Origin: Spirochaetae bacterium HGW-Spirochaetae-3
Lineage (GTDB): Bacteria; Spirochaetota; Spirochaetia; Treponematales; UBA12059
Assembly: GCA_002839315.1 (NCBI GenBank)
Contig: PGXV01000004.1
Location: 98,787 to 162,786, forward strand
Direction: 5' to 3'
Length of the DNA stretch: 64,000 nucleotides
Both the position numbers and the translations under genes were made by a program. Below are positions 20,628-29,234 of this stretch, piece by piece. The notes beneath the pieces are model-generated. The model saw only the letters and a list, made by a program, of their open reading frames with translations, was not told the DNA's origin and made no database searches. Within the stretch, counting starts at the first letter, position 1. Each line of letters starts with the position of its first letter.

Positions 20628-21729
20628 CCATATACCCCTGGCTGAACCTCAGGCCGACGGCGGCCCGCCTCAGGGCCCTCGCTCGCATCGCCGCCTCCGG
20701 CTCGTCTGTCGTTGATTCCATGCGCGTATCCGCCGATCGCTTCGGCGCGGCTTCGCCTTCCCTGACCCTGGCGACGGAAGGCCGTATCCGTAGCGACGGC
20801 CATAGATCCGTTACCGTTTCCAGTCTCATGCCTTCGAGCGCTCCGCACGCCAGGCCGAGCCGCAGGCCGGAGCAGATATCGGCAGCCTCGTCACGCGAGA
20901 CGAGCCTGGCGCCTATCGCCCGTCCGGCGGCCCGCCCTATCACGTCGAGGATATCCCAGGAGCTACCCGAAAGGAGCTGATTCCTGGCGCGACGCTCGTA
21001 ATCGGCTATAGCCCGGGCCGCTCCTTCTAGGCGCTCGAGCGCCACCAGCTCCGGATCGCGATACACGGGAGGAAGCGAAAGCTCGAAAAGCGATCCTTCC
21101 GAGGCGCCCATGCCCGAGTACGCGCCGGAGACCACGAATCCGGCTTCCATGGCGCGCTTGAACGCTATCTCGGCGAGCCCGGAAACGACCAGCGACGGAG
21201 CGTGGATCGATACGCGAGCGGAAAGGCCGCTACCGCAGAACGCTATCTCCGACATGGCATAGCCGATGCCCGGATCGAAGGCCCAGACGCTCGAGCCCAA
21301 CGCGACGGAAATCGAGTCGTCGGCCTCGGACACGTCGGCCCAGGCGGCCCGCAGATCCAACCCGGGTCGCGATGCCCGAAAAGACAGATGGTTGACGTCG
21401 TTGACGGCGAGCCAAAGAGCGGAATCGGGACTGAGCGCGGCGTAGTTCTCCTCGTCGAGGAGGTAGGGACGGGAATAGAGCTCCCGTTCGGCGAGGTTCG
21501 ACCTCGACCACGGATCGAGGTCGCCTATCCTCGCGACCTCGAATCGGCGACTACGCGCGGCCGCGGACAACCCGGCGCCCAATTCGGCGATCGCTTCGCC
21601 GTCCAACGCATGCGGGAATCGATGGCCCTCCAGATTCCTGTCGACGGAGACGCGGGATCTGACTATCACGTCGAATTCTGGATATTCGCCCAGAGCGATA
21701 GGCCGCGCGGCCGGTCCGGTAAACGTCAC
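20620..21729 (-). CDS. mcsB: McsB-like protein (ATP:guanido phosphotransferase fold; catalytic motifs apparently divergent)
   Basis: 369 aa. The N-terminal RSRVSVDRNLEGHRFP matches the McsB SSRIRLARN..FP signature. Positioned between mcsA-like and clpC with overlapping stop/start codons. See findings for the motif erosion. Confidence 0.7.
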   Translation of the reverse strand: MTFTGPAARPIALGEYPEFDVIVRSRVSVDRNLEGHRFPHALDGEAIAELGAGLSAAARSRRFEVARIGDLDPWSRSNLAERELYSRPYLLDEENYAALSPDSALWLAVNDVNHLSFRASRPGLDLRAAWADVSEADDSISVALGSSVWAFDPGIGYAMSEIAFCGSGLSARVSIHAPSLVVSGLAEIAFKRAMEAGFVVSGAYSGMGASEGSLFELSLPPVYRDPELVALERLEGAARAIADYERRARNQLLSGSSWDILDVIGRAAGRAIGARLVSRDEAADICSGLRLGLACGALEGMRLETVTDLWPSLRIRPSVARVREGEAAPKRSADTRMESTTDEPEAAMRARALRRAAVGLRFSQGYMDV

Positions 21730-22196
21730 TGCGGGTGCCTCTCGGTCGCCGCCCTCAGCCTGTCGCGTATAGCGGCCGCGGTCTCGAAATCCTCAGATCG
21801 TATAGCCCGTTCCAGCGAGCTCGAAAGCGACGCGATGGAGTCTCCGACGGAGTCGGCGTCGCGGAGCCTGCGGGGAACCTTGCCGTCGTACGGGTGATGA
21901 CCGCCGGAACGATTGAGCGCGGATACTATTTCCCGCCGATACGCCTTGACGCAATCGGTACAGCCCAGGCGACCGCTCGATCTCAGGTTATCCGCCGTCC
22001 AGCCGCACGCGGGGCAAGGCCCCGACGACGCCGCCTCGTCGATCAGCAGGGAATCGAGGCGCGCGCCGAGACCTTCTCCGGACGAGGCGTAGCCGCGGGC
22101 CACCGCGCAGGCCCTGCACATGCGCAACTCGCCTCCCGAACCGTCGGGTTTTATGAAGAAGACGCTATCGTTCGATCCGCAGACATCACATCGCAT
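21726..22196 (-). CDS. mcsA: McsA-like activator (four CxxC zinc motifs + UVR motif)
   Basis: 156 aa. CDVC...CRAC and CPAC...CTDC pairs, then SEDFETAAAIRDRL (UvrB/C-type motif). ATGA overlap with mcsB. Confidence 0.75.
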   Translation of the reverse strand: MRCDVCGSNDSVFFIKPDGSGGELRMCRACAVARGYASSGEGLGARLDSLLIDEAASSGPCPACGWTADNLRSSGRLGCTDCVKAYRREIVSALNRSGGHHPYDGKVPRRLRDADSVGDSIASLSSSLERAIRSEDFETAAAIRDRLRAATERHPQ

Positions 22197-22203
22197 GCAT
22201 ACT

Positions 22204-22209
22204 ACTATA
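22204..22209 (-). promoter_or_regulatory. Candidate -10 element (TATAGT) 7 nt upstream of the mcsA ATG
   Basis: The minus strand reads ..CCAATATAGTAGTATGCATG. There is no Shine-Dalgarno between the hexamer and the ATG, and the -35 is poor. Confidence 0.3.
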
Positions 22210-22333
22210 TTGGATAATCGAGCCCGATGAAAGCGTTTTTAAGCGACCGACGCCAGATACGCGGGCTTGTCCCCGAGGTCAGGCGTCGATATCATCTACT
22301 CGTCATATAGAACAGCCTCAGAAAGGAAGTAGC

Positions 22334-23317
22334 ATGAAAAGATTCTTGGCCGTCGCGCTCGCGGCGTTTTCCCTTGGACTCCCCCTCTTCGCCATAGGAG
22401 GGAAGGAAGCCCCCGCGGCTCCTATAACCGTGCGCGCTGGCGCCCTCAAGGGCCCCTCGGGCATCGGCATGATATACCTGTTCGAGACACCTCCGACCCT
22501 ACCCGGGTCGTCGACGCTGGCCATGGAGGCCATTCCGTCCGCCGACGCCATGGCGGCCAGGCTCTTGTCGGGAGAGATCGACGCCGCCGTGCTTCCGGTG
22601 AACATGGCCGCGAAGCTCTATAACGCCGGTTTGCCCTACAGGATGGTCGCCGTCGTCGGGAACGGTATGGTCAAGGTCGTCACGACGGATCCCGCGGTCA
22701 CGGCGATAGGCGACCTCAAGGGCCGCCGCGTCTACGTCGCCGGACAGGGCGCCACGCCGGAATTCCTCATGAGGACCGTCCTTCCCGGCGCGGGGATAGA
22801 CCCGGGCAAGGATATAGACATGGTCTTCAACATGCCCTACCCCGAGATCGCCGCCAGCGTCGTTGCCGGGAGGGTCGATATAGCCGTCCTGCCGGAGCCG
22901 TTCGCGACGCTCGCCCTCAAGGGCAATCCCGCGGCCCGGGTCGCGTTCCCTCTCACGGAGCTGTGGACCAAGGCCACCGGCCAGGGCGACTATCCCATGA
23001 CCGTATTCGTCGTCCGCTCCGGTCTCGTGGACGAGCGGCCGGAGCTCGTAGCCGCCCTGCTCAAGGCCTACGAGGCGTCAATACGCGACGTCCTGGCCGA
23101 TCCCGTAGCGGCCGGCGCCCTCGTCGAGAAGCACGACATGGGGCTCAAGGCGCCGATAGCGGCCGCGGCGATCCCCGCGTGCGCCTTCACGTTCATACCG
23201 GCGCTCGAGGCTCGGCCCGCGGTCGAAGCGTTGCTGTCGGTATTCCTCGCCTCGTCGCCGGCGTCTATCGGTTCAAGGCTTCCGGATGCGGCCTGGTACG
23301 CCAACGTCCCGCGCTAG
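22334..23317 (+). CDS. ABC transporter substrate-binding protein (NMT1/THI5/SsuA-like)
   Basis: 327 aa. Signal peptide MKRFLAVALAAFSLGLPLFA, a type-2 periplasmic binding fold pattern, and an AAAGGAAG ribosome-binding site upstream. Confidence 0.75.
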   Translation: MKRFLAVALAAFSLGLPLFAIGGKEAPAAPITVRAGALKGPSGIGMIYLFETPPTLPGSSTLAMEAIPSADAMAARLLSGEIDAAVLPVNMAAKLYNAGLPYRMVAVVGNGMVKVVTTDPAVTAIGDLKGRRVYVAGQGATPEFLMRTVLPGAGIDPGKDIDMVFNMPYPEIAASVVAGRVDIAVLPEPFATLALKGNPAARVAFPLTELWTKATGQGDYPMTVFVVRSGLVDERPELVAALLKAYEASIRDVLADPVAAGALVEKHDMGLKAPIAAAAIPACAFTFIPALEARPAVEALLSVFLASSPASIGSRLPDAAWYANVPR

Positions 23318-24047
23318 GGCCGACGGGCTGTTCGCCCTCGCCGTCATCGTCGCGGCGTGGAAGATAGCGGCGCTCGGAGTAGGCGTCGAAATAATACTAC
23401 CGTCTCCCGAAAGGGTACTCTCGACGCTCGCCCGCATAGCCTCTTCCGAGCGATTCTTGTCGTCGCTCGGCGCGACGGCCCTCAGAGGGCTCGCCGCCTT
23501 CGGCGTATCGATGGTTCTCGGCGTAGCCGTCGGCTTCGCCGCGGGCGTATCGAGGCGCTTCGACGCCCTGCTCGGACCCGGCCTGACGATAGTGCGGGCG
23601 ACGCCGGTGCTCGCCGTCATCCTCATAGCGATGATATGGTTCCCCGCCGGCGTCGTGCCCGTATTCTCCGCCGTCGTCATGGCCTTTCCGGTCGTGGCCG
23701 CCGACGTCGCCGCGGGTATCCGCTCGGCCGATCCGCGTCTCATCGACATGGCGAGGTCTTTCGGCGTATCGAGGCGCGACGCGTCGCTAACGATTCGCTT
23801 GCCGTCCGCCATGCCTTACGTCGTTTCCGCGGCCAGGAACGCCGTCGGGCTTTCCTGGAAGGTCGTCGTGGCCGGAGAGGTCCTGAGCCAACCGACGTTC
23901 GCCCTGGGCACGGGCATGCAGAACGCGCGCGTCATGCTCGAGACCGCCGAGGTATTCGCCTGGGCGGCTACCGGGGTGCTGCTATGCGCGGTCAGCGACG
24001 CCCTCTTCGACATACTCGCGAGGAGGTTGGCATGGCCTACGAAATAG
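23286..24047 (+). CDS. ABC transporter permease (BPD_transp_1, SsuC/TauC-like)
   Basis: 253 aa with multiple TM helices and an EAA-like loop (DMARSFGVSRRDASLTIRLPSAMPY). Confidence 0.8.
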   Translation: MRPGTPTSRARADGLFALAVIVAAWKIAALGVGVEIILPSPERVLSTLARIASSERFLSSLGATALRGLAAFGVSMVLGVAVGFAAGVSRRFDALLGPGLTIVRATPVLAVILIAMIWFPAGVVPVFSAVVMAFPVVAADVAAGIRSADPRLIDMARSFGVSRRDASLTIRLPSAMPYVVSAARNAVGLSWKVVVAGEVLSQPTFALGTGMQNARVMLETAEVFAWAATGVLLCAVSDALFDILARRLAWPTK

Positions 24048-24742
24048 CGAACCTGCGGAAGGCGTACGGAGAGAGCCAAGTCCTCGGCGGCATCGACCTA
24101 TCGTTCCAGGAAGGCAGTATCACCGTCGTGCTCGGCCCGTCCGGATGCGGCAAGACAAGCCTTCTCAACATCCTGGCCGGCCTCGACGAAGACTATTCCG
24201 GCTCCGTTACCGGTTTCGGGAGCGGCAAGGTCAGCTACGTGTTTCAGGAGGACAGGCTCCTGCCGTGGATGAGCGCGGCCGACAACGTCGCGTTCGTGCT
24301 CAGGGACCGAATGGAGCGCGCGCGCGCGCGGACGGTAGCCGAGGAGGCGCTCGCGTCGGTCGGATTATCGGAGTCGACGTATATGAAGCCGGGATTACTG
24401 TCCGGAGGCATGAGGCGACGCGTAGCGCTCGCTAGGGCGTTCGCCTATCCGTCTGACGCGATACTCCTGGACGAGCCGTTCTCGTCGCTCGACCTCAAGA
24501 CGCGCATCGCGGTCATGGATCTCTTCATGGACCTCAGGACCCGGGACGGCCGTAGCGCCGTAGTCGTTACGCACGACGTACGCGAGGCCATCTACCTCGG
24601 CGACAGGATAGCGACCCTGTCGGACAAGCCGGCCAGGATACGCGACGTCTTCGACCTGAGCCTGGATCGCGGGCAGCGCGCCTTCGCGAGCGAGGACGCC
24701 GCCGGGTTCGAGGCCAGGCTCTACGCGTCGATCCTGGCCTAG
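24032..24742 (+). CDS. ABC transporter ATP-binding protein
   Basis: Last 236 aa of track ORF 23357..24742. Walker A GPSGCGKTS, signature LSGGMRRRVALAR and Walker B ILLDEPFS. AGGAGG lies upstream of the ATG at 24032. Confidence 0.9.
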   Translation: MAYEIANLRKAYGESQVLGGIDLSFQEGSITVVLGPSGCGKTSLLNILAGLDEDYSGSVTGFGSGKVSYVFQEDRLLPWMSAADNVAFVLRDRMERARARTVAEEALASVGLSESTYMKPGLLSGGMRRRVALARAFAYPSDAILLDEPFSSLDLKTRIAVMDLFMDLRTRDGRSAVVVTHDVREAIYLGDRIATLSDKPARIRDVFDLSLDRGQRAFASEDAAGFEARLYASILA

Positions 24743-24754
24743 ACCGGCTTCGGC

Positions 24755-26683
24755 TTACGGCCCGAGCAGGGCGGCGATCGCCTCGAGAAGATCCTCTTCG
24801 CTGAACGGCTTGCGCAGCCGCGCCTCTCGCGGCATGCGATACGCGGCCTGGCCGTCGTCCGCCGAGGCGGAGTCTCCGTCGATCGTTTCCGCGTTCAGCA
24901 GGAATAGCGCCGGAAGCATGGGTTCCCTGGCGCGGAATCGTTCGACCAGCTCGAAACCGCTCATCAACGGCATCTTGTCGTTGACGACGACTACGTCCGG
25001 AGCGGCGGCCATCTTCTCGACTACCAGCAGCGCCTCCCCGGGATGGTTCGCCGTAACGACCCTGTACCCGGCCCTGTCCAGCAATGCTTCGGCGATGGTA
25101 AGCACGGAATTGTCGTTCTCTACGAGCAGCACGGTCTTGTCCTGACAACGGACGGGCTTCCCGTACGGCTTCGCTATCGAGGCCTCGGCGTCGCCCGCGG
25201 ATTCCAGGAGCCGTTCCGACGCGCGGGGGAAGAGGAGGCGCATGGTCGTCCCCTTGCCGAGCGCCGAGTTCATCGTGATGCGGCCGCCCGCCTGGCGTAC
25301 GATACCGACTACCGTGGCCAGGCCCAGGCCGGTACCGCGGTCGGCGGGCTTGGTCGTGAAGAACGGCTGGAATATCTTGGCTTGGGTCGCTTTCGGGATT
25401 CCCGTACCCTCGTCCTGAATCTCGATGTACGCCCAATCGCCCGCGGGGACGGGTTCGATGGCTCCGGGCGTCTCAGCCTGGGTATGCTGAACTCCGGTCG
25501 CCAAGACGATACGGCCTCCGCTCGGCATGGCGTCCCGAGCATTGGCGACGAGGTTGACGATTGCCTGCTCGAGGCGCCCCTTGTCGACTACCACGGTGTC
25601 GTTCCCGTCGAAGGCGCGCACGATTATAGAGAAGCCGTCGCCTACGATGCGCTTGAGAATACGCTCGTTTTCTCGCGCCAGATTCGAGAGCCTGAACGCG
25701 GTCGCCTTGCTCTCGTCGCGGCGCGAGAACATGAGGAGCTGCCTGGACAACGCCGCCGCCCGTTTCGCCGCCTGATCGATCCCGTCGAGCTCCTCGAGCC
25801 CCCTGCCCTCCACCTCGAAATCCGAGCGCAGGAGGCGAGCGTAGCCCATGACCGCGGTAAGCACGTTGTTGAAATCGTGCGCGACGCCTCCGGCGAAGCG
25901 GCCGAGCGCGGACAGGCGCTGCGCATGGATCAGCTGATCCATTAGCGTCTTTCGTTCCGTCACGTCGACGGCTTGGTACTGGTACGCGCGCCCCCCGTCC
26001 GGCAGCACGATAGGCGCGGCGCTCAGGAGCGCCCAGGCTTCCTTGCCGTCCGTTCTCCTTACCTCGATCTCGTTGGGGCCGTAGCTCTCTCCCGACGCCA
26101 TTGCCCGCATGACCTCGCCATATACGACCTCGTCATCGATGAATTCCCGGACGCTCTCGGCCTCGGGCGCGAGCGTCCGGTATGCCTTGTTCGTCTCGAG
26201 GATCCTGCCGCCCAATTCTACAAGCATGGATGCCGCGAGTCCGTTCTCGAATAGACCGCGGTATCGCTCCTCGCTACTCCTGAGTCGCTGCTCCATGGAC
26301 GCCCTGTAGAGCCCGATGGATATCGCCGTCTTAAGCTCACGCTCGTCGTACGGCTTGAGGATATAGGCGTAGGGATGCGTCAGCTTCGCGCGCTCGATGG
26401 TCGGGCCGTCGGCGTATGCGGTAAGCAGGATGACCGGTATGCTCCAGCGCTGCAGAAGCTCGGCCGAGGCCTCGATCCCGTCCATCTCGCCCTGCAGGTG
26501 TATATCCATCAACACGAGATCGGGCTTGATCTCCTCTGCATCGCGCAGAAGATCCTCCGCGGCCGCATAGATCGCCGGGACCTCGTATCCGTTACGTTGC
26601 AGGAACGCTCGTATATCGAGCGCAACGATACGTTCGTCCTCGCAGATTGCTATTCGTGACGGAGTGACCGTTTGTTCGTTCAT
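24755..26683 (-). CDS. Hybrid sensor histidine kinase (REC-PAS-HisKA-HATPase-REC)
   Basis: 642 aa. N-terminal receiver (ICEDERIV..LVLMDIHL..ILKP), a PAS region, H-box GGVAHDFNNVL, G-boxes DEGTGI/GTGLGLA, and a C-terminal receiver (VLLVENDN..VVVNDKMPLMSG). Confidence 0.9.
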   Translation of the reverse strand: MNEQTVTPSRIAICEDERIVALDIRAFLQRNGYEVPAIYAAAEDLLRDAEEIKPDLVLMDIHLQGEMDGIEASAELLQRWSIPVILLTAYADGPTIERAKLTHPYAYILKPYDERELKTAISIGLYRASMEQRLRSSEERYRGLFENGLAASMLVELGGRILETNKAYRTLAPEAESVREFIDDEVVYGEVMRAMASGESYGPNEIEVRRTDGKEAWALLSAAPIVLPDGGRAYQYQAVDVTERKTLMDQLIHAQRLSALGRFAGGVAHDFNNVLTAVMGYARLLRSDFEVEGRGLEELDGIDQAAKRAAALSRQLLMFSRRDESKATAFRLSNLARENERILKRIVGDGFSIIVRAFDGNDTVVVDKGRLEQAIVNLVANARDAMPSGGRIVLATGVQHTQAETPGAIEPVPAGDWAYIEIQDEGTGIPKATQAKIFQPFFTTKPADRGTGLGLATVVGIVRQAGGRITMNSALGKGTTMRLLFPRASERLLESAGDAEASIAKPYGKPVRCQDKTVLLVENDNSVLTIAEALLDRAGYRVVTANHPGEALLVVEKMAAAPDVVVVNDKMPLMSGFELVERFRAREPMLPALFLLNAETIDGDSASADDGQAAYRMPREARLRKPFSEEDLLEAIAALLGP

Positions 26684-26744
26684 CCTTGGGTTACGATTCG
26701 CCCCGCGGCCGATATCGGCTCCGTTCCGCGCGGACGCTACCGCG

Positions 26745-27113
26745 TTACTCCGCGACCTTCTTAACGACGGCGAGCAACTTATCCGCGCTGAACGGCTTGA
26801 CGATCCAGCCCGTCGCTCCGGCTTCCTTGCCTTCGTTCATCTTGCCCCCCTGCGACTCAGTCGTGAGCACGAGAATAGGAACGAATTTGAATTTCGGGTT
26901 CTCGCGGGCCTTGCGTATGAAGGTTATTCCGTCCATATTCGGCATATTCACGTCGGTGATTATGCAATCGAACCGGCTACCCGAGTCGAGCTTCTGGAGG
27001 CCCTCGACTCCATCTCCGGCTTCCACGGTCGTATAGCCTTCTTGTTGGAGGATATACGAGATGCTCTGCCTGATGGCTGCTGAATCGTCGATGATGAGTA
27101 TGCTCTTGGCCAT
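26745..27113 (-). CDS. cheY: Chemotaxis response regulator CheY
   Basis: 122 aa from MAKSILIIDDSAAIR..ITDVNMPNMDG..IVKPF. AGGAGG sits 5 nt upstream of the internal ATG (M7 of the track ORF). Confidence 0.88.
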   Translation of the reverse strand: MAKSILIIDDSAAIRQSISYILQQEGYTTVEAGDGVEGLQKLDSGSRFDCIITDVNMPNMDGITFIRKARENPKFKFVPILVLTTESQGGKMNEGKEAGATGWIVKPFSADKLLAVVKKVAE

Positions 27114-27192
27114 GGTTCCTCCTAATGGCATTCGGCGCGAAGGCTACCGGATCCCGTTTTAAAAATCATATAGCGAACGCGATGAGATAGTA

Positions 27193-28263
27193 TCATCGCG
27201 CCGATTTAAGCACTTCCGCGGCGATCCGGTCGAGAGGCAGGACGATATCGACGCCGCCTAGCTTTATCGCCTCGTTCGGCATCCCGAAAACGACGCACGA
27301 CTCCTCGTTCTGGGCTATGGTCCTGGCGCGGGCGTCGTGCAGCTCCTTCATCCCGCGCGAACCGTCGTCGCCCATCCCCGTCATGATGACTCCGACGGCG
27401 TTGCCCCCGGCATAGCGCGCGGCCGACCGGAACAGCACGTCTACGCTCGGTCTATGCCTGCAGACGAGCGGACCATCCTTCACCTCTACATAATACCTCG
27501 CTCCGGAGCGCTTGAGAAGCGTATGTTTATTCCCGGGGGCGATAAGCACCCGGCCGCGAATGACCGTATCGTTGTCGCTGGCTTCCTTGACGCCTACCCT
27601 GCACAATCCGTCGAGACGCCTGGCGAAGGCCGCCGTGAAATGCTCCGGCATATGCTGCACGATGACGATTCCCGGCGTATCCTCCGGCAGGGCCTCGAGG
27701 AACTCGCGTAGCGCCTCAGTACCGCCCGTCGACGCGCCTACGACCACGACCTTCTCCGTGGTATCGATAATGGTGTTTATTCCCGGCGCGGCGAGCATCA
27801 CGTCGGCGGTCAGCTTGGGAGAGACGTCGTGTATCGGAGGCAAGGGGACCCGGCGGCGATTCCTGGAGGCGTACGCAGCCTTGACCACGTCGCATATCTC
27901 CACCCGCGATTCCTCGAGGAACTGCTTCGTGCCGAGCTTCGGCTTCTGGATTATATCGACGGCGCCGTACTCCATCGCCTTGATGGCGTTGTCGGAGCCT
28001 CCTTCCGTCTTGCTCGAGCATATGACCACGGGTACGCGGCTCGTCTCCATGATCTTGCGAAGGAAGGACAGGCCGTCCATGCGAGGCATCTCGACGTCGG
28101 AGACTATTACGTCTGGCTTATCCGTCTCCATCTTCTTGAGGGCGAATATAGGATCGGACGCAACGGCAATAACCTCTATCGCGGGGTCGGAATCCAGGAG
28201 ATCCTTGAGCGTCTGACGTACGACCGCTGAATCGTCGACGACCATAACCTTGATGCGTTCCAT
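27193..28263 (-). CDS. cheB: Chemotaxis protein-glutamate methylesterase CheB (REC + CheB_methylest)
   Basis: Starts [12 protein letters not shown] (M17 of track ORF). Catalytic domain with GASTGG and GMGDDG motifs. Confidence 0.92.
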   Translation of the reverse strand: MERIKVMVVDDSAVVRQTLKDLLDSDPAIEVIAVASDPIFALKKMETDKPDVIVSDVEMPRMDGLSFLRKIMETSRVPVVICSSKTEGGSDNAIKAMEYGAVDIIQKPKLGTKQFLEESRVEICDVVKAAYASRNRRRVPLPPIHDVSPKLTADVMLAAPGINTIIDTTEKVVVVGASTGGTEALREFLEALPEDTPGIVIVQHMPEHFTAAFARRLDGLCRVGVKEASDNDTVIRGRVLIAPGNKHTLLKRSGARYYVEVKDGPLVCRHRPSVDVLFRSAARYAGGNAVGVIMTGMGDDGSRGMKELHDARARTIAQNEESCVVFGMPNEAIKLGGVDIVLPLDRIAAEVLKSAR

Positions 28264-28282
28264 CTGATTCCTCTCGGATGAA

Positions 28283-29131
28283 CTATAGACGTTCGTAGAC
28301 GGTAGGCGCAAGGCCGCGTAACGGTAACGACATTCCCGTCAGCGTCTCCGAGTGCCCGAGTATCAGGTTCCCGCCTGGTTTAAGGTATCTGCACATAGTA
28401 CCGAGGATGCGCTCCTGGGTCGTCCTATCGAAATAGATAATGACGTTTCGGCAGAAAATGACGTCGAATTTACCGTCGAACGGGAATCGTTCGTCCATGA
28501 AGTTGAGCCTGAGGAAATCGACCTTGTCGCGCAGCTCCTTCTTGATTCGAACCTCCGGGTTAGCCGGATCGCGACTACGGAGCAGGTATTTCTTCTTGTA
28601 CGAAGGAGGCACCGGTACCACCCTGTCGGAATGGTAGATGGCGCTTATCGCGGTATCGAGTGCGCGCGTCGAGATGTCCGAAGCGACTATCCTATAGTCG
28701 AAGCCAGGATTGGAAAGGCGGAATTCCTCTAGAACCATCGCGAGCGTATATGGTTCCTCGCCGGTAGCGCATCCTGCCGACCATACGGATAATGTGCCGC
28801 GGCTTCCCGTACGCTCGAGCGCTTCGGGCAAGAGGCGCGAGGTCAATAGATCGAAATGATCCGGCTCTCTGAAGAAATCCGTCTTGTTGGTCGTTACGAC
28901 GTCTATCATATGGATGAGCTCGGCGTCGTCGCCTGAGAAGACCCTGTCGATATACTCGTCGTAGCTCTGCATCTTGAGTACGCGCAGTCTCTTTTGAAGG
29001 CGGCTCTCCAGCATGACCCGCTTGGTATCGGGCATCTTGATACCCAATTCCTTCTCTATGAAGGCCGAGAGCCTCTTGAATTGCTTGTCGGAAATACCGG
29101 AGGCGGCGTTCTGTACATAAGTATCGCTCAA
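28283..29131 (-). CDS. cheR: Chemotaxis protein methyltransferase CheR
   Basis: 282 aa. CheR_N followed by a SAM-binding domain ([28 protein letters not shown]). TTG start with GGAGGA upstream. Confidence 0.92.
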   Translation of the reverse strand: MSDTYVQNAASGISDKQFKRLSAFIEKELGIKMPDTKRVMLESRLQKRLRVLKMQSYDEYIDRVFSGDDAELIHMIDVVTTNKTDFFREPDHFDLLTSRLLPEALERTGSRGTLSVWSAGCATGEEPYTLAMVLEEFRLSNPGFDYRIVASDISTRALDTAISAIYHSDRVVPVPPSYKKKYLLRSRDPANPEVRIKKELRDKVDFLRLNFMDERFPFDGKFDVIFCRNVIIYFDRTTQERILGTMCRYLKPGGNLILGHSETLTGMSLPLRGLAPTVYERL

Positions 29132-29234
29132 AAACTATCCTCCAAACGTCCGACGGATAAACAGTATGAGTATCAGTGTATTGGCCCGCGGCCTCCGGCG
29201 CAAGTAATAATGCGGAAGCTTGGCTCGAGGGGTA

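Noticed and set aside
22197-22333. Looked for a CtsR box upstream of mcsA and a TPP riboswitch upstream of the NMT1/ThiY-like ABC transporter
   Set aside because: No GGTCAAA-type direct repeat is present, and there is no CUGAGA...ACCUGAU THI-box core. The region is also too short (137 nt) for both a riboswitch and divergent promoters.
23357-24031. N-terminal 225 codons of the 461-aa ORF 23357..24742
   Set aside because: It is an Arg-rich alternative frame over the ABC permease. The genuine ATPase starts at the ATG at 24032, behind AGGAGG.
24567-25436. 289-aa minus-strand ORF
   Set aside because: It is an alternative frame of the hybrid kinase and the ATPase 3' end, with extreme Arg/Gly/Pro content.
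26745-29131. Lower GC of the cheY-cheB-cheR block considered as horizontal acquisition
   Set aside because: No flanking repeats, integrase or tRNA are present. The shift is modest and consistent with conserved protein composition. It cannot be quantified without computation.
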